Assembly (NCBI GenBank): GCA_965230295.1
Contig: OZ246001.1
Location: forward strand, 992,001-1,056,000
Length of the DNA: 64,000 nucleotides
Direction: 5' to 3'
Source: Marinicella sp.
Lineage (GTDB): Bacteria > Pseudomonadota > Gammaproteobacteria > Xanthomonadales > Marinicellaceae
Under the pieces are notes generated by a model. The model saw only the letters and a program-made list of their open reading frames with translations, made no database searches and had not been told where the DNA came from. The position numbers and the translations under genes were made by a program. Shown here piece by piece: positions 39,533 to 49,766 of the stretch. How positions within the stretch are numbered: the first letter of the stretch is position 1; the number at the start of each line of letters is the position of its first letter.

Positions 39533-40726
39533 ATGCCAAACCGCAGAAAATTCATCAACAACATACTGAAAATATCAGCCTTAACCCTGACTTTCCCAAA
39601 ATTAGCCAGCGCTGCTGCTAAAAACCAGGACAACAGCATGTTGCATTTGTTGCCGGCTGACGACTTGGGCATCCGTTTACCCAAGGGATTCAAAGCCAGG
39701 GTGGTGGCTTCTGCGGGTGTTCCGGCAGTCAAAGGCGACAACTACTTGTGGCATGAAAAACCTGATGGTGGTGCAGTGTATGACGATTTCAGTCGTGAAA
39801 ATAAAAATGGTTGGATTTATGTTTCCAATGAGGAAAGCAAAACCGGTGGCGTGGGTGTTTTGAAATTCAATGCCCAAGGTGATGTGATCGACACCTATCG
39901 CATCTTGGACAACACCTTATACAACTGCGCCGGCGGCAAAACACCATGGAACACTTGGTTATCAGCCGAAGAAATTCCCTACGGACTGGTTTGGGAATGT
40001 GACCCCTATGGCAATCATCCAGCCAAGCCCATCCATTGTCTGGGTTCATTCGAACATGAAGCCTGTGCTGTCGACCCCATCGGGCGAGCGATTTATCTTA
40101 CTGAGGATGAAAAAAATGGGTGTTTTTATCGGACCGTTTTACCCAACTACCCAAGCTATGAGAAAGGTCAGCTGCAAGTGGCACAAATGACAGGTGACCC
40201 CATGACTGGTGAAGCCAAATTAATTTGGCATGATGTCCCCAATCCCAACCCCAAGAAACCAGAGCAAGAAACCCGTTATCAAATCAAACAAGCCACTGTA
40301 TTCAATGGCGGTGAAGGCATTTGGTACCACGCTGGTTATGTCTATTTTTCGACCAAAGGCGACAACCGCATTTGGTCCCTCAATTTAGATAATCAAAGCA
40401 TCAAAGTGATTTATGACTTCAAAACCACCGAATTCCCAGTATTGTCTGGCGTCGACAACGTCACTGTCGATAACAATGGCTACATCTATGTCTGCGAGGA
40501 TGGTGGCAACATGCAAATTATAGTACTGAGTGAATCAGGACAGGCCGTGCCGCTGCTGCACATTGAGAATCAAAATAAATCCGAGATCACTGGTGTCAGT
40601 TTCACTTCCGATGGCAAACGCATGTATTTCAGCTCCCAACGCGGCCCTTCATTTTGGGGCAAAAAGGGCATCACTTATGAGGTGACCGGTCCTTTTGAAC
40701 AAATCGGACAGTATTTCAAAGGATAG
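39533..40726 (+). CDS. PhoX/DUF839-family alkaline phosphatase, Tat-exported
   Basis: RRKF Tat signal; PDGGA, NCAGGKTPWNTWLSAEE, FEHEA, DNVTV, CEDG, SEITG. Confidence 0.85.
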   Translation: MPNRRKFINNILKISALTLTFPKLASAAAKNQDNSMLHLLPADDLGIRLPKGFKARVVASAGVPAVKGDNYLWHEKPDGGAVYDDFSRENKNGWIYVSNEESKTGGVGVLKFNAQGDVIDTYRILDNTLYNCAGGKTPWNTWLSAEEIPYGLVWECDPYGNHPAKPIHCLGSFEHEACAVDPIGRAIYLTEDEKNGCFYRTVLPNYPSYEKGQLQVAQMTGDPMTGEAKLIWHDVPNPNPKKPEQETRYQIKQATVFNGGEGIWYHAGYVYFSTKGDNRIWSLNLDNQSIKVIYDFKTTEFPVLSGVDNVTVDNNGYIYVCEDGGNMQIIVLSESGQAVPLLHIENQNKSEITGVSFTSDGKRMYFSSQRGPSFWGKKGITYEVTGPFEQIGQYFKG

Positions 40727-40869
40727 CTGCAGAGCAGCTTGACCCGCCGAGCCGGTTGGTGAGCACAGCGAATCAGAGGCGAAGAGCGCGAGGAATTAAG
40801 TCATGTTCGCAGTGGTCGCTTTCACTTTTGTTTTGAACAAAAGTGAAAGAAGCCCCAAGAATATTCCTT
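40719..40869 (+). repeat. ~150-bp structured repeat, family B copy 2
   Basis: Near-identical to 44685-44835; fills the gap between the convergent PhoX and carbonic anhydrase stops. Confidence 0.85.
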
Positions 40870-41447
40870 CATTCGTAAAATTCAACTTCACCAGATTTGA
40901 GGTCATAGCAAGCACCAACCACCTGTAAGTCACCAGTGGCCACTTTGTCTTCTACGATCTGAGAATCAGCCAATAACTGCGATACAGTCTGATGCACATT
41001 GGCGGTGACAGCATCTGATAAATTGGGTTCTGTCAAAGGCTCTATCGCTGGCGTTATCTGTTCAATGATGGCATCAACATGTGGCGAAACACTGGTTCCC
41101 GGGTTTTGTAAGGCGTCTAACGTGGCTGCAACCGCACCGCAATTGGAATGCCCCAACACCACCACCAACGGTGATCCGAGTACCGCCACTGCATATTCCA
41201 CACTGCCAATCTGGGTCGGCGTGGCCACATTGCCGGCCACCCTGATGATGAACAGGTCACCCAAGGATTGATCAAAGATCAGTTCTGTGGGCACCCGTGA
41301 ATCAGAACAGGCTAAGATGATGGCAAAAGGCTGTTGTCCTTCAGTAAGTACTTGACGTTTGGCTGCATTCGCCGAGGCATCAAGTGTTGTTTGACCTGCG
41401 ACAAATCGCGCATTACCGGCTTTGAGTTTTTCTATGGATTGATTCAT
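40869..41447 (-). CDS. Beta-class carbonic anhydrase
   Basis: ACSDSRV, RVAGN, GHSNCGA zinc ligands. Confidence 0.93.
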   Translation of the reverse strand: MNQSIEKLKAGNARFVAGQTTLDASANAAKRQVLTEGQQPFAIILACSDSRVPTELIFDQSLGDLFIIRVAGNVATPTQIGSVEYAVAVLGSPLVVVLGHSNCGAVAATLDALQNPGTSVSPHVDAIIEQITPAIEPLTEPNLSDAVTANVHQTVSQLLADSQIVEDKVATGDLQVVGACYDLKSGEVEFYE

Positions 41448-41893
41448 GTTTTTTGATTGGCTAAAAAGTAGTGGTAAGTGTCTTGTTGTTTTTCGTAACC
41501 CAATTGTTCATATAATTTTTGTGCCGCATGGTTATCCAAGTCTGTTTCCAACAACAAACCCTTGGATTCAGTCTGCTCTGCAAACTCTCTGGCTTGTTCC
41601 ATCAAACCTTTGGCCACACCCATTTTCCTGGCACCGGCAGCAACAAACAAATCATTCAAAACCCACAGCCTTTGCATGCTGACTGATGAAAAACTGGGGT
41701 AAAGCTGGGTAAAGCCCAACAACTGACCTTTGGCTTCTGCAACAAAAATCACAGAATCTTGGTTTTTCAAGCGACTGTCTATGAATTGTTTTGCAGCAGA
41801 TAAGTCTGCCTCTTGTTTATAAAACTGACGATACCCATCAAATAACTGGCTGAGTTGTTCCTGATCGGCGCTGTGGGCTTTTCTGATATTCAT
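41444..41893 (-). CDS. GNAT acetyltransferase
   Basis: GFTQLYPSFSS, LNDLFV...RKMGVA, AQKLYEQLG. Confidence 0.9.
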   Translation of the reverse strand: MNIRKAHSADQEQLSQLFDGYRQFYKQEADLSAAKQFIDSRLKNQDSVIFVAEAKGQLLGFTQLYPSFSSVSMQRLWVLNDLFVAAGARKMGVAKGLMEQAREFAEQTESKGLLLETDLDNHAAQKLYEQLGYEKQQDTYHYFLANQKT

Positions 41894-41961
41894 GATTGAA
41901 CTTCACTGTATTACGACATAAGATGATTATAGTGTTTATTCAAAACAAAGAGGATACATCA

Positions 41962-42885
41962 ATGAAAAAAAGATACATTTTATTGGCCACTTTGGTGACT
42001 GGTTTTGCCACGGCTAAAGATGAACCGAAAGTCAGCTTTGCCAGTACCGAAGTGGGCACAGGGATCTATATGTTGGCCGGTGAAGGTGGATTCACTGGCG
42101 GCAACCTGGGCCTGTTGATTGGTGATGATGGGGTGGTGTTGATTGATGACTCCATGCCACCATTTTTAGACATCATGAACCAAGCGATCAAGTCGCTGAC
42201 TGACAAGCCCATCAATTTCTTAATCAACACCCACGTTCATGGTGATCACATCGGCAACAATGCCGCCTTAGGCGAAGCAGGCACCCACATTGTGGCCCAT
42301 GAAAACCTCAGGAACCAGTTGATAACCAAAGGTATCCAGGGTCCTGAAGGCATGGTTGAAGCACCCAAAGCAGCGCTGCCTGTACTCACTTACTCCAAAC
42401 AAATGAGCTTTCATTTCAACGGCCTGGAAGCCAGAGCCATCCATGTACCCAAGGCACACACCGACGGTGATACATTGATACATTTCAAAGGTGCCAATGT
42501 CATCCATGCTGGCGACACATTTTTCAATGGTCTGTTCCCATATATTGATTTGGGCTCAGGTGGATCTGTTGATGGTTATATCCATGCGCAAATGACCATG
42601 ATCAGCATGTCTGATGATGACACCAAAATCATTCCGGGTCACGGCCCCTTATCCAATAAAAAAGAACTGCAAGCAGCCGTTGATATGTTGATCGATGCCA
42701 AAGCATTGATTGGCGAACAGATTAAGGCAGGTAAATCCTTGGAAGAAATTCTCAAAGCCAATCCTCTGGAAAAGTACCACGAAGATTGGAACTGGGGATT
42801 CATCACCACTGAAAGGATGACCACCCAGGTCTATAACGACTTATCAAAAGGCAATCATCATGGTGATCAAAACCACAGCCATTGA
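41962..42885 (+). CDS. Metallo-beta-lactamase-fold hydrolase (cyclase-like), secreted
   Basis: Signal peptide, THVHGDHIG, AHTDGD, HAGD, IPGHG. Confidence 0.88.
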   Translation: MKKRYILLATLVTGFATAKDEPKVSFASTEVGTGIYMLAGEGGFTGGNLGLLIGDDGVVLIDDSMPPFLDIMNQAIKSLTDKPINFLINTHVHGDHIGNNAALGEAGTHIVAHENLRNQLITKGIQGPEGMVEAPKAALPVLTYSKQMSFHFNGLEARAIHVPKAHTDGDTLIHFKGANVIHAGDTFFNGLFPYIDLGSGGSVDGYIHAQMTMISMSDDDTKIIPGHGPLSNKKELQAAVDMLIDAKALIGEQIKAGKSLEEILKANPLEKYHEDWNWGFITTERMTTQVYNDLSKGNHHGDQNHSH

Positions 42886-42902
42886 TAATCACAACAACCC
42901 TT

Positions 42903-42933
42903 AAAAGGCCAACCTTGGTGGTTGGCCTTTTTT
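42903..42933 (+). terminator. Intrinsic terminator
   Basis: AAAAGGCCAACC-TTGGT-GGTTGGCCTTTTTT after the MBL gene. Confidence 0.85.
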
Positions 42934-43010
42934 TATTCTCTAAAAAATCCGTTGACTATCAGCGTTTAACCCATATAAAGATCAGAGTTTTAATTTCCAT
43001 ATCAGACAGC

Positions 43011-43829
43011 ATGAAAAACACCCTTAAGAAGATTCACGAGAATAAAATTTTTGAATGGTCCGTAGTGACTGTCATCATCCTGTCTGCTTTGTTGATCGGC
43101 GCCAAGACCTATCACTTACCCAAACCCTTTGTCATATTTTTGACTTATGCTGATTTAGCAGTCACCATTTTTTTTCTGGTTGAAATCACCATCCGTTATA
43201 TCGCCAGTGATGATAAAAAGAATTTTTTCAAAAGTGGTTGGAATGTTTTCGACACCCTCATTGTGGTGGTCAGCCTGATTCCAATTGAAGACTCTGAAAT
43301 GGCCCTGGTAGGGCGGTTGGTGCGTGTCTTTAGGGTGCTGAGGATGATCTCGATTGTCCCGGAACTGCGAATATTGATCAATTCCCTGATCAAAGCCATG
43401 CCACAGTTATCCTATGTGATGTTGTTGCTGTTTATTATTTTCTACATCTATGGCGCTGTGGGCAGTTTCTTTTTCAACGAAATCAATCCCGTTCTGTGGG
43501 GTGACATAGCCACCAGTATGTTGACCTTATTCAGGGTCATGACTTTTGAAGATTGGACTGATGTGATGTATGAAACCATGGGCACATATCCGCTGAGTTG
43601 GTCATTTTATTTGTCATTCATATTCTTCACTGCATTTGCATTCCTCAATATGGTGATCGGCATTGTGGTGAATGTCTTAGAAAAAGAAAATGCGGCACAT
43701 GATCGACAAAAAATGTTAGACCAACAAGAAGAAGAAATGAGCCAATTGGATCAGATTCAACGCGAACTGGATGAAATAAAAGCTTTGTTAAAAAGTAAAA
43801 ACAACTTAGGGCCTGTTAACACTAAATAA
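43011..43829 (+). CDS. Bacterial voltage-gated cation channel (BacNav family)
   Basis: 6 TM; S4 RLVRVFRVLR; filter TFEDWTD; C-terminal coiled coil. Confidence 0.9.
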   Translation: MKNTLKKIHENKIFEWSVVTVIILSALLIGAKTYHLPKPFVIFLTYADLAVTIFFLVEITIRYIASDDKKNFFKSGWNVFDTLIVVVSLIPIEDSEMALVGRLVRVFRVLRMISIVPELRILINSLIKAMPQLSYVMLLLFIIFYIYGAVGSFFFNEINPVLWGDIATSMLTLFRVMTFEDWTDVMYETMGTYPLSWSFYLSFIFFTAFAFLNMVIGIVVNVLEKENAAHDRQKMLDQQEEEMSQLDQIQRELDEIKALLKSKNNLGPVNTK

Positions 43830-44078
43830 ATGGCCACTGCTGAAACCGTATTTTTCAGCCAACACCACCACCCATCGTGATATGTGGTCACTCCACATGA
43901 ACGATTGGCTAAGGCCGGTGGGTGGAAAATACGGTCCAGCCCTATGGGTTAAGGCTGAAAACACCACACCCTGCATTGCTCATCACTCAATTGGCATGCC
44001 AAATCACGCGATTCGCGCCTTGATAGTGATGTTTTCAGTCATAACAGTCGCCATTTATTTAGTGTTAACAGGCCCTAG
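43806..44078 (-). mobile_element. MITE family A copy 2 (inverted)
   Basis: TTAG-GGCCTGTTAACACTA ... TAGTGTTAACAGGCC-CTAG. Confidence 0.87.
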
Positions 44079-44608
44079 TTTGATCGTCTTCGCGTGGCCG
44101 TGTCGATGAATGAAACGGGCACCACACCCGTTTCAGGGTCGATGTCTCCAAAACGAATTTGCCATTTCCACTCGCTTTCTCCATCATAGGTAATTTCTGC
44201 TTCAGACAACTGCTTCAAACCGGTGTTGTTCCATTCATGGTTTTTCAAATTGATCACGTACCCGTCTTTGCTGACATCGAGGATGTATAGGTTTTTTCCT
44301 GAGTAATCATTGAATAAGGCGACCATTTCAAACCGTTCATTGCGTTTGTTGTAATTAATATAAAACAAATAGTTTCGTTCTTTGCCTGTGTGCGTCACAC
44401 CTTTGGATTCACACACGATGTATTGTTGCATTAAAGTATAGCGACACTCTCGTTGTCCGGTATCGGTGTAATCACTTTTAACAGCTTGGTCTGCATAGTC
44501 CCAACTGCCAATCAACCAATCCAAATCTTTGATTGATGGTTCTTGATCTGAGGCCAAGAGACAAATTGGCGCCTGCATAAGGATGATCAATATAAATAGT
44601 TTACCCAT
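44075..44608 (-). CDS. Secreted hypothetical beta-barrel protein (DUF1579-like)
   Basis: Signal peptide, LDWLIGSW; AGGAG RBS; TAG stop lies in the MITE end. Confidence 0.7.
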   Translation of the reverse strand: MGKLFILIILMQAPICLLASDQEPSIKDLDWLIGSWDYADQAVKSDYTDTGQRECRYTLMQQYIVCESKGVTHTGKERNYLFYINYNKRNERFEMVALFNDYSGKNLYILDVSKDGYVINLKNHEWNNTGLKQLSEAEITYDGESEWKWQIRFGDIDPETGVVPVSFIDTATRRRSN

Positions 44609-44684
44609 GTGTGTGCTCCTGTATTGACATTAAAACACTAAGATTTTCATTCCCAGACTTCTATAACACCTAACTCATTTTTCT

Positions 44685-44835
44685 TAGGAAAGCTGCTGAG
44701 CAGCTTGATCCGCCGAGCCGGTTGGTGAGCATAGCGAATCAGAGGCGAAGAGCGCGATGTAGAAAGTCATGTTCGCCGTGGTCGTTTTCACTTTTGTCTG
44801 GAACAAAAGTGAATGGAGCCCCAAGAACATTCCTT
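44685..44835 (+). repeat. ~150-bp structured repeat, family B copy 3
   Basis: AGCTGCTGAGCAGCT hairpin ... TTCACTTTTGTCTGGAACAAAAGTGAA ... CCCAAGAACATTCCTT. Confidence 0.85.
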
Positions 44836-45045
44836 TAATGTTTTCATATTGATTAAAATAAACCGGATCAAAAATAATGCCATGAGTTTGAGGTGAATCA
44901 CCTTTTTTATCAGCCAAGTTGAATCAGATTGTCCCACCATATCAAGATTTACCAGGGTAAGGCTTTAAAATAATTCGACCAGAGATTATGATTTGGGAAT
45001 ATTTAACGCATGAAGGTGGGGTAACGTTATATGTCAATCAATACA

Positions 45046-46221
45046 TCACTTGGCCAAGGCATCAATGGCATCCTGTAGACCATTCAAACTCAAAGGAAAC
45101 ATATTTTGGTTGACCATTTTTTGAATCATTTGGGTTGAATGGGTGTAGCCCCAATATTCTTCTGGCACTGGATTCAACCACACCAGTTTTTCCCACTGTT
45201 GTGTCAGTCTTTGCATCCAGACCACCGCCGATTCTTCATTCATGTGCTCCACACTGCCAAAAGGTTCGGTGATTTCATAAGGTGACATCGCAGCATCACC
45301 GACGACCATCACATGGTAATCATGAGCAAACGTATGCAACACATCCCAGGTACTGATGTTTTCTTGCCAGCGACGTGCATTGTCTTGCCATAATTTCTCA
45401 TAAATACAGTTATGGAAATAGAAATATTCCAAGTGCTTGAATTCAGCACGGACGGCAGAAAACAATTCTTCACAACGTTGCACGTGGTAATCCATTGAGC
45501 CACCCACATCAAAAAACACCAGCAGCTTCACCGCATTGTGGCGTTCAGGACGCATTTTCAAATCGAGCAAGCCCGCATTGTCTGCTGTCGATTTAATCGT
45601 ACTGGTTAAATCCAATTCATCCGCCGCACCCGTTCGGGCAAATTTACGCAATTTGCGCAAAGCCATCTTCATCGATCGGGTGTTCAACTCAGCACTGCCA
45701 TCCAAATTCTTGAACTGGCGCTTTTCCCACACTTTGGTGGCACGGTTGTGCTGACCTTCTCCACCAATCCTTACACCTTCCGGGTTATAGCCACCATGAC
45801 CAAAGGGTGATGTACCTCCTGTGCCAATCCACTTGTTACCACCCTGGTGCTTCTTTTGTTGTTCTTCCAAGCGTTTTTTCAGGGTTTCCATCAATTTTTC
45901 AAACCCTCCCAATGCTTCTATTTGGGCTTTTTCTTCATCACTTAATTGCTTGATCCAGTCAGGCTTTAACCAGTCATGTGGAATCAGGAATGACTCAAAA
46001 TCTTCAATCATTTCCAGATCATGAAAGTAATGACCAAATGCCAAATCAAAGCGATCAAAATATTTTTCATCCTTGATCATACATATTTTTGCCAACTGAT
46101 AGAAATCATCGATTGAGGCAAAGACCACCTGTTTTTCCAGCGCCTGTAATAACACCAGCAGCTCTTTTACAGTGACCGGTAATTGGGCCTTTTTTAAGGT
46201 ATAAAAAAAATCTATCAGCAT
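45046..46221 (-). CDS. VWA-domain (CoxE-like) partner of MoxR
   Basis: GGNKWIGTGGTSPFG, DVGGSM MIDAS, YFHNC, VGDAAMSPYE, WLNP. Confidence 0.88.
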   Translation of the reverse strand: MLIDFFYTLKKAQLPVTVKELLVLLQALEKQVVFASIDDFYQLAKICMIKDEKYFDRFDLAFGHYFHDLEMIEDFESFLIPHDWLKPDWIKQLSDEEKAQIEALGGFEKLMETLKKRLEEQQKKHQGGNKWIGTGGTSPFGHGGYNPEGVRIGGEGQHNRATKVWEKRQFKNLDGSAELNTRSMKMALRKLRKFARTGAADELDLTSTIKSTADNAGLLDLKMRPERHNAVKLLVFFDVGGSMDYHVQRCEELFSAVRAEFKHLEYFYFHNCIYEKLWQDNARRWQENISTWDVLHTFAHDYHVMVVGDAAMSPYEITEPFGSVEHMNEESAVVWMQRLTQQWEKLVWLNPVPEEYWGYTHSTQMIQKMVNQNMFPLSLNGLQDAIDALAK

Positions 46222-46227
46222 ACAGTA

Positions 46228-47073
46228 CTAACTTTGACGGCGCATCATGAAGGCCAGTTTCTGTAACATGTGAACATCCTGTTCATTCTTCAGCAAGGCA
46301 CCATACAAAGGTGGAATGGCTTCTTTGATGCTCTTGTTTTGCAAGGCTTCAATGGGGATGTCATCGGCCACCAACAGTTTGATCCAATCGATCAATTCAG
46401 AAGTTGAAGGCTTCTTTTTCAAACCAGGCACTTCTCGCACCTCAAAGAACACTTCCAAAGCCGCATTGAGCATGCCTTTTTTCAACTCTGGATGGTGCAC
46501 TTTGATGATGGCCTGCATGGTCTTTTTATCAGGGAAATTGATGTAGTGGAAAAAGCAGCGGCGCAAAAAAGCATCCGGTAGCTCTTTTTCATTGTTGCTG
46601 GTGATGATGATGATTGGTCGCTGTTTGGCCTGAATGGTTTCTCCGGTTTCATACACCGAAAACTCCATCTTATCCAGCTCCACCAACAAGTCATTGGGAA
46701 ACTCAATGTCGGCTTTGTCAATTTCATCAATCAATAACACCACCTGTTCATCTGCTGTGAAGGCTTCCCAAAGTTTACCCTGACGGATGTAGTTTTTGAT
46801 GTCGTGCACTTTGGCATCGCCCAACTGAGAATCCCGCAATCGGGATACGGCGTCATATTCATACAAACCTTGTTGGGCCTTGGTGGTTGATTTGATGTGC
46901 CAACTGATGAGTTTTTTACCCATGGTAGCCGCCACTTCCTCAGCTAACATGGTTTTTCCTGTGCCAGGTTCACCTTTGATCAACAAAGGTCTTTGCAAAG
47001 TCACTGCTGCGTTGACGGCCAATTGCAAGTCTGAGGTGGCTACATAAGTATCCGAACCAGTAAATTTAGTCAT
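46228..47073 (-). CDS. MoxR-family AAA+ ATPase
   Basis: GEPGTGKT, LLIDEIDKAD, ELPDAFLRRC; start at MTKFTG. Confidence 0.92.
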   Translation of the reverse strand: MTKFTGSDTYVATSDLQLAVNAAVTLQRPLLIKGEPGTGKTMLAEEVAATMGKKLISWHIKSTTKAQQGLYEYDAVSRLRDSQLGDAKVHDIKNYIRQGKLWEAFTADEQVVLLIDEIDKADIEFPNDLLVELDKMEFSVYETGETIQAKQRPIIIITSNNEKELPDAFLRRCFFHYINFPDKKTMQAIIKVHHPELKKGMLNAALEVFFEVREVPGLKKKPSTSELIDWIKLLVADDIPIEALQNKSIKEAIPPLYGALLKNEQDVHMLQKLAFMMRRQS

Positions 47074-47149
47074 AATTGTTCTGTTTGTGTTTATGACTAT
47101 TTTACTGTCAGTTGGATCCATTACTAGTTAATTTTATCCATCATATTGA

Positions 47150-47422
47150 CTAGGGCCTGTTAACACTATATGAATGACGACCGTTATGACTGAAAACATC
47201 ACAATCAAGGCGCTAATCGCGTGATTTGGTATGCCAATTGAGTGATGAGCAACGCAGGGTGTGGTGTTTTCAGCCTTAACCCATCGGGCTGGACCGTATT
47301 TTCCACCCATCGGCCTTAGCCAATCGTTCATGTGGAATGACCACATATCACGATGGGTGGCGTTGTTGGCTGAAAAATACGGTTTCAGCAGTTGCCATTC
47401 ATATAGTGTTAACAGGCCCTAG
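47150..47422 (+). mobile_element. MITE family A copy 3 (most intact)
   Basis: CTAG-GGCCTGTTAACACTATATGAATG ... CATTCATATAGTGTTAACAGGCC-CTAG: perfect long TIRs with flanking CTAG. Confidence 0.9.
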
Positions 47423-47425
47423 TTT

Positions 47426-49117
47426 TTACTTTGGAGCTGTTTGCTCATCAGCTTCTTGATGACCCACATATAATGTCTTCAATTTTTTAATGGTCTGACT
47501 GTTTTCCGTGCGGCCAATTTTCTTCATTGCGATACTCAGTCCATCCAGATAATAGTCTGGAATGATGGTGCCTGTTTGGTACATGTTTTTCAGTTTCAGA
47601 ATCAAGCCATCAACCTGATCTTTAGTGACTTGACCTGAGCCAATAAAGACATCTGTCTGTTTGAAAATCATCGTAAGGTGGTTTAGTATCTGATCCAGAT
47701 CACTCCGACTCAACAAGCGACCTCGTAATACAACCGTTTGGATGGTTCTGCTGTTACTGACATCAACCAATGGGTTGGCCGTCAGTAATAACAAGTCTGC
47801 CCTCGACCCTACTGATATTTGCCCCAGCTCATTTTCCCTTCGCATCGCCTCAGCACCGTTGATGGTGGCCGTTCGTAGTGTGTCAACATGAGACAAACCT
47901 GCCGCATTCAGGTAACCCAATTCATCGTGTAAAGCAAAACCTGGCACATTGAACATATAACCTCCACCGGTATCAGTTCCAGCCAGAAATTGGGCGTTTA
48001 TTGGGAGCAGCTTCCTGATGATCTCTTGTCGCAGCTGAAGTGAAGCCAACCTCAAGTCCAACAACTTATCTTGCTTCAAATTGACCCGTTTTAACCAGTT
48101 TTTTTTCTCTCTTGGTGACACATACTTCATTTCAGGGGCTTGTAACGCTTTCGATGCCTGCGGGCCATAAAGAGAATCCTTATAAGTGTACAAAGTCGGT
48201 GTGTTCCAAACATCTTGCCCTTGGGTTGCCGATACATAATCTTCTTCAGTCAATTGCAATGTGCTGTCCAACAGATAGCTCTTTAGGTGTTCTGTGGTTC
48301 GATACCCTAAAGTCATAGCCCTGGAAACGCTGGTGTTGTGTGGTATGTGCCCTACCACATCCAGGCTTTGGTTTTTCGCCTCTGAAAAAATTGCCGCCAG
48401 CATCCCATCCTCCATAAAGTTGTGTACTTTGATGAAGTCATACCCAAGTTTCGCTTGCTGCTTCACAGCATTACGCGCCTCTGCTTCACTGTTAACCACA
48501 TGGGCATACCAGCCAATAGGCTTTTGATTCAGAATGGTTCCTGATACATACATGGTTGGGGCCAACAATTGATCGTTGTTGATTTGGTCACGCATCGCCA
48601 ACATCCAGGGAAAACCATCCATATCTCTGACCGAAGTCACTCCATTGACCACATTCAACAATGCCACGCTGGCTGATGTCAGGTTGTGGACGTGCATGTC
48701 AACCAAACCTGGCACCAGATATAAATCGCTGGCATCGATAAGGCTGGTGTTTTTTGCATCAATTCGATTCAGTTCTTGGCCCATGGATTTGATCAAACCA
48801 TGTTCAATCAACAAATCCACACCGGTCTCGACCTGACCGGTGACAACATTCACCAAGTTGGCATCGACAATCAACATGGTTTGCGGTTTATGGACATCCA
48901 ACAAACTTGATTGATAAGCCAACAAATCAGCTTCCTCAAAGAAATAACTCCATTGGCTGATGTCTGCCCCCTGATACGCACCATCAACAGTTTCAGAACG
49001 CGCTGCAGGGGCCAGAAACAAGATGAAGACCATGATGACAAACCCAAAACGCAACAGCATTGGCAGATCCTGTCGCCATGCCAGTTTCAATTTTCCAGGT
49101 CCTTGGCTAAACATCAT
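47426..49117 (-). CDS. Amidohydrolase-family protein (start uncertain)
   Basis: PGLVDMHVH, GVTSVRD, DFIKVH, VGH, AGTD, ADLLLLTANPL. Confidence 0.85.
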   Translation of the reverse strand: MMFSQGPGKLKLAWRQDLPMLLRFGFVIMVFILFLAPAARSETVDGAYQGADISQWSYFFEEADLLAYQSSLLDVHKPQTMLIVDANLVNVVTGQVETGVDLLIEHGLIKSMGQELNRIDAKNTSLIDASDLYLVPGLVDMHVHNLTSASVALLNVVNGVTSVRDMDGFPWMLAMRDQINNDQLLAPTMYVSGTILNQKPIGWYAHVVNSEAEARNAVKQQAKLGYDFIKVHNFMEDGMLAAIFSEAKNQSLDVVGHIPHNTSVSRAMTLGYRTTEHLKSYLLDSTLQLTEEDYVSATQGQDVWNTPTLYTYKDSLYGPQASKALQAPEMKYVSPREKKNWLKRVNLKQDKLLDLRLASLQLRQEIIRKLLPINAQFLAGTDTGGGYMFNVPGFALHDELGYLNAAGLSHVDTLRTATINGAEAMRRENELGQISVGSRADLLLLTANPLVDVSNSRTIQTVVLRGRLLSRSDLDQILNHLTMIFKQTDVFIGSGQVTKDQVDGLILKLKNMYQTGTIIPDYYLDGLSIAMKKIGRTENSQTIKKLKTLYVGHQEADEQTAPK

Positions 49118-49766
49118 TTAGCTCCTTTTGAGCCAGCCATTCACTAACCACACCGATTCCCCATTGCCAGTGTTTTTCTGACAAGTCGGCAGCCTTGTCA
49201 TACTCTTTTTCAACCAACAACTGAACTATATCGCGATGATCTTGAACTGCCTGTCTGGGTTCTGCAACGCCACGTCCGCTAAAATCATCAAACTGCATGG
49301 CCCTGAGTCGAAGGTTTTTCGTCGTTTCAATTAAGACCTCATTGTCGCTGTTTTCAATCAAAACTTCGTGCCATTTTCGGTCGGCTTCACCTCTGACCTT
49401 GGGATCACTGTCAGTCATTGACTCAGTTAAGCTCGCCAAGGTTGCTAAAGTTTCATCACTGAAACCACGTGTTGTTCTGATAGACAGGGCTTCAAGCGCA
49501 CCTATCATAGGGTACAATTCACGTACTTTTTGGGCATTGACCACTGCAACATGACAACCTTTGTTCGGAACAAAGTCCACCAAGCCTTCACGCTCCAAAC
49601 CAAACAATGCCTCACGAATCGGTGTTCTGCTCACTCCCAGCAGAGCAGACAGCTTTTCCTCTTCAAGCTTTTCACCAGGCCTTAAACCACCTTGAGCTAT
49701 TTCATCCCGCAAAGCACTTCTGACGGCGCTGCGCATGGATTGATGTTTAATAATTGATTTTTGCAT
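49107..49766 (-). CDS. GntR/FCD family transcriptional regulator
   Basis: LRPGEKL.E..LS..LGVSRTPIREAL; FCD DRKWH, QDHRDIV. Confidence 0.9.
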   Translation of the reverse strand: MQKSIIKHQSMRSAVRSALRDEIAQGGLRPGEKLEEEKLSALLGVSRTPIREALFGLEREGLVDFVPNKGCHVAVVNAQKVRELYPMIGALEALSIRTTRGFSDETLATLASLTESMTDSDPKVRGEADRKWHEVLIENSDNEVLIETTKNLRLRAMQFDDFSGRGVAEPRQAVQDHRDIVQLLVEKEYDKAADLSEKHWQWGIGVVSEWLAQKELNDV

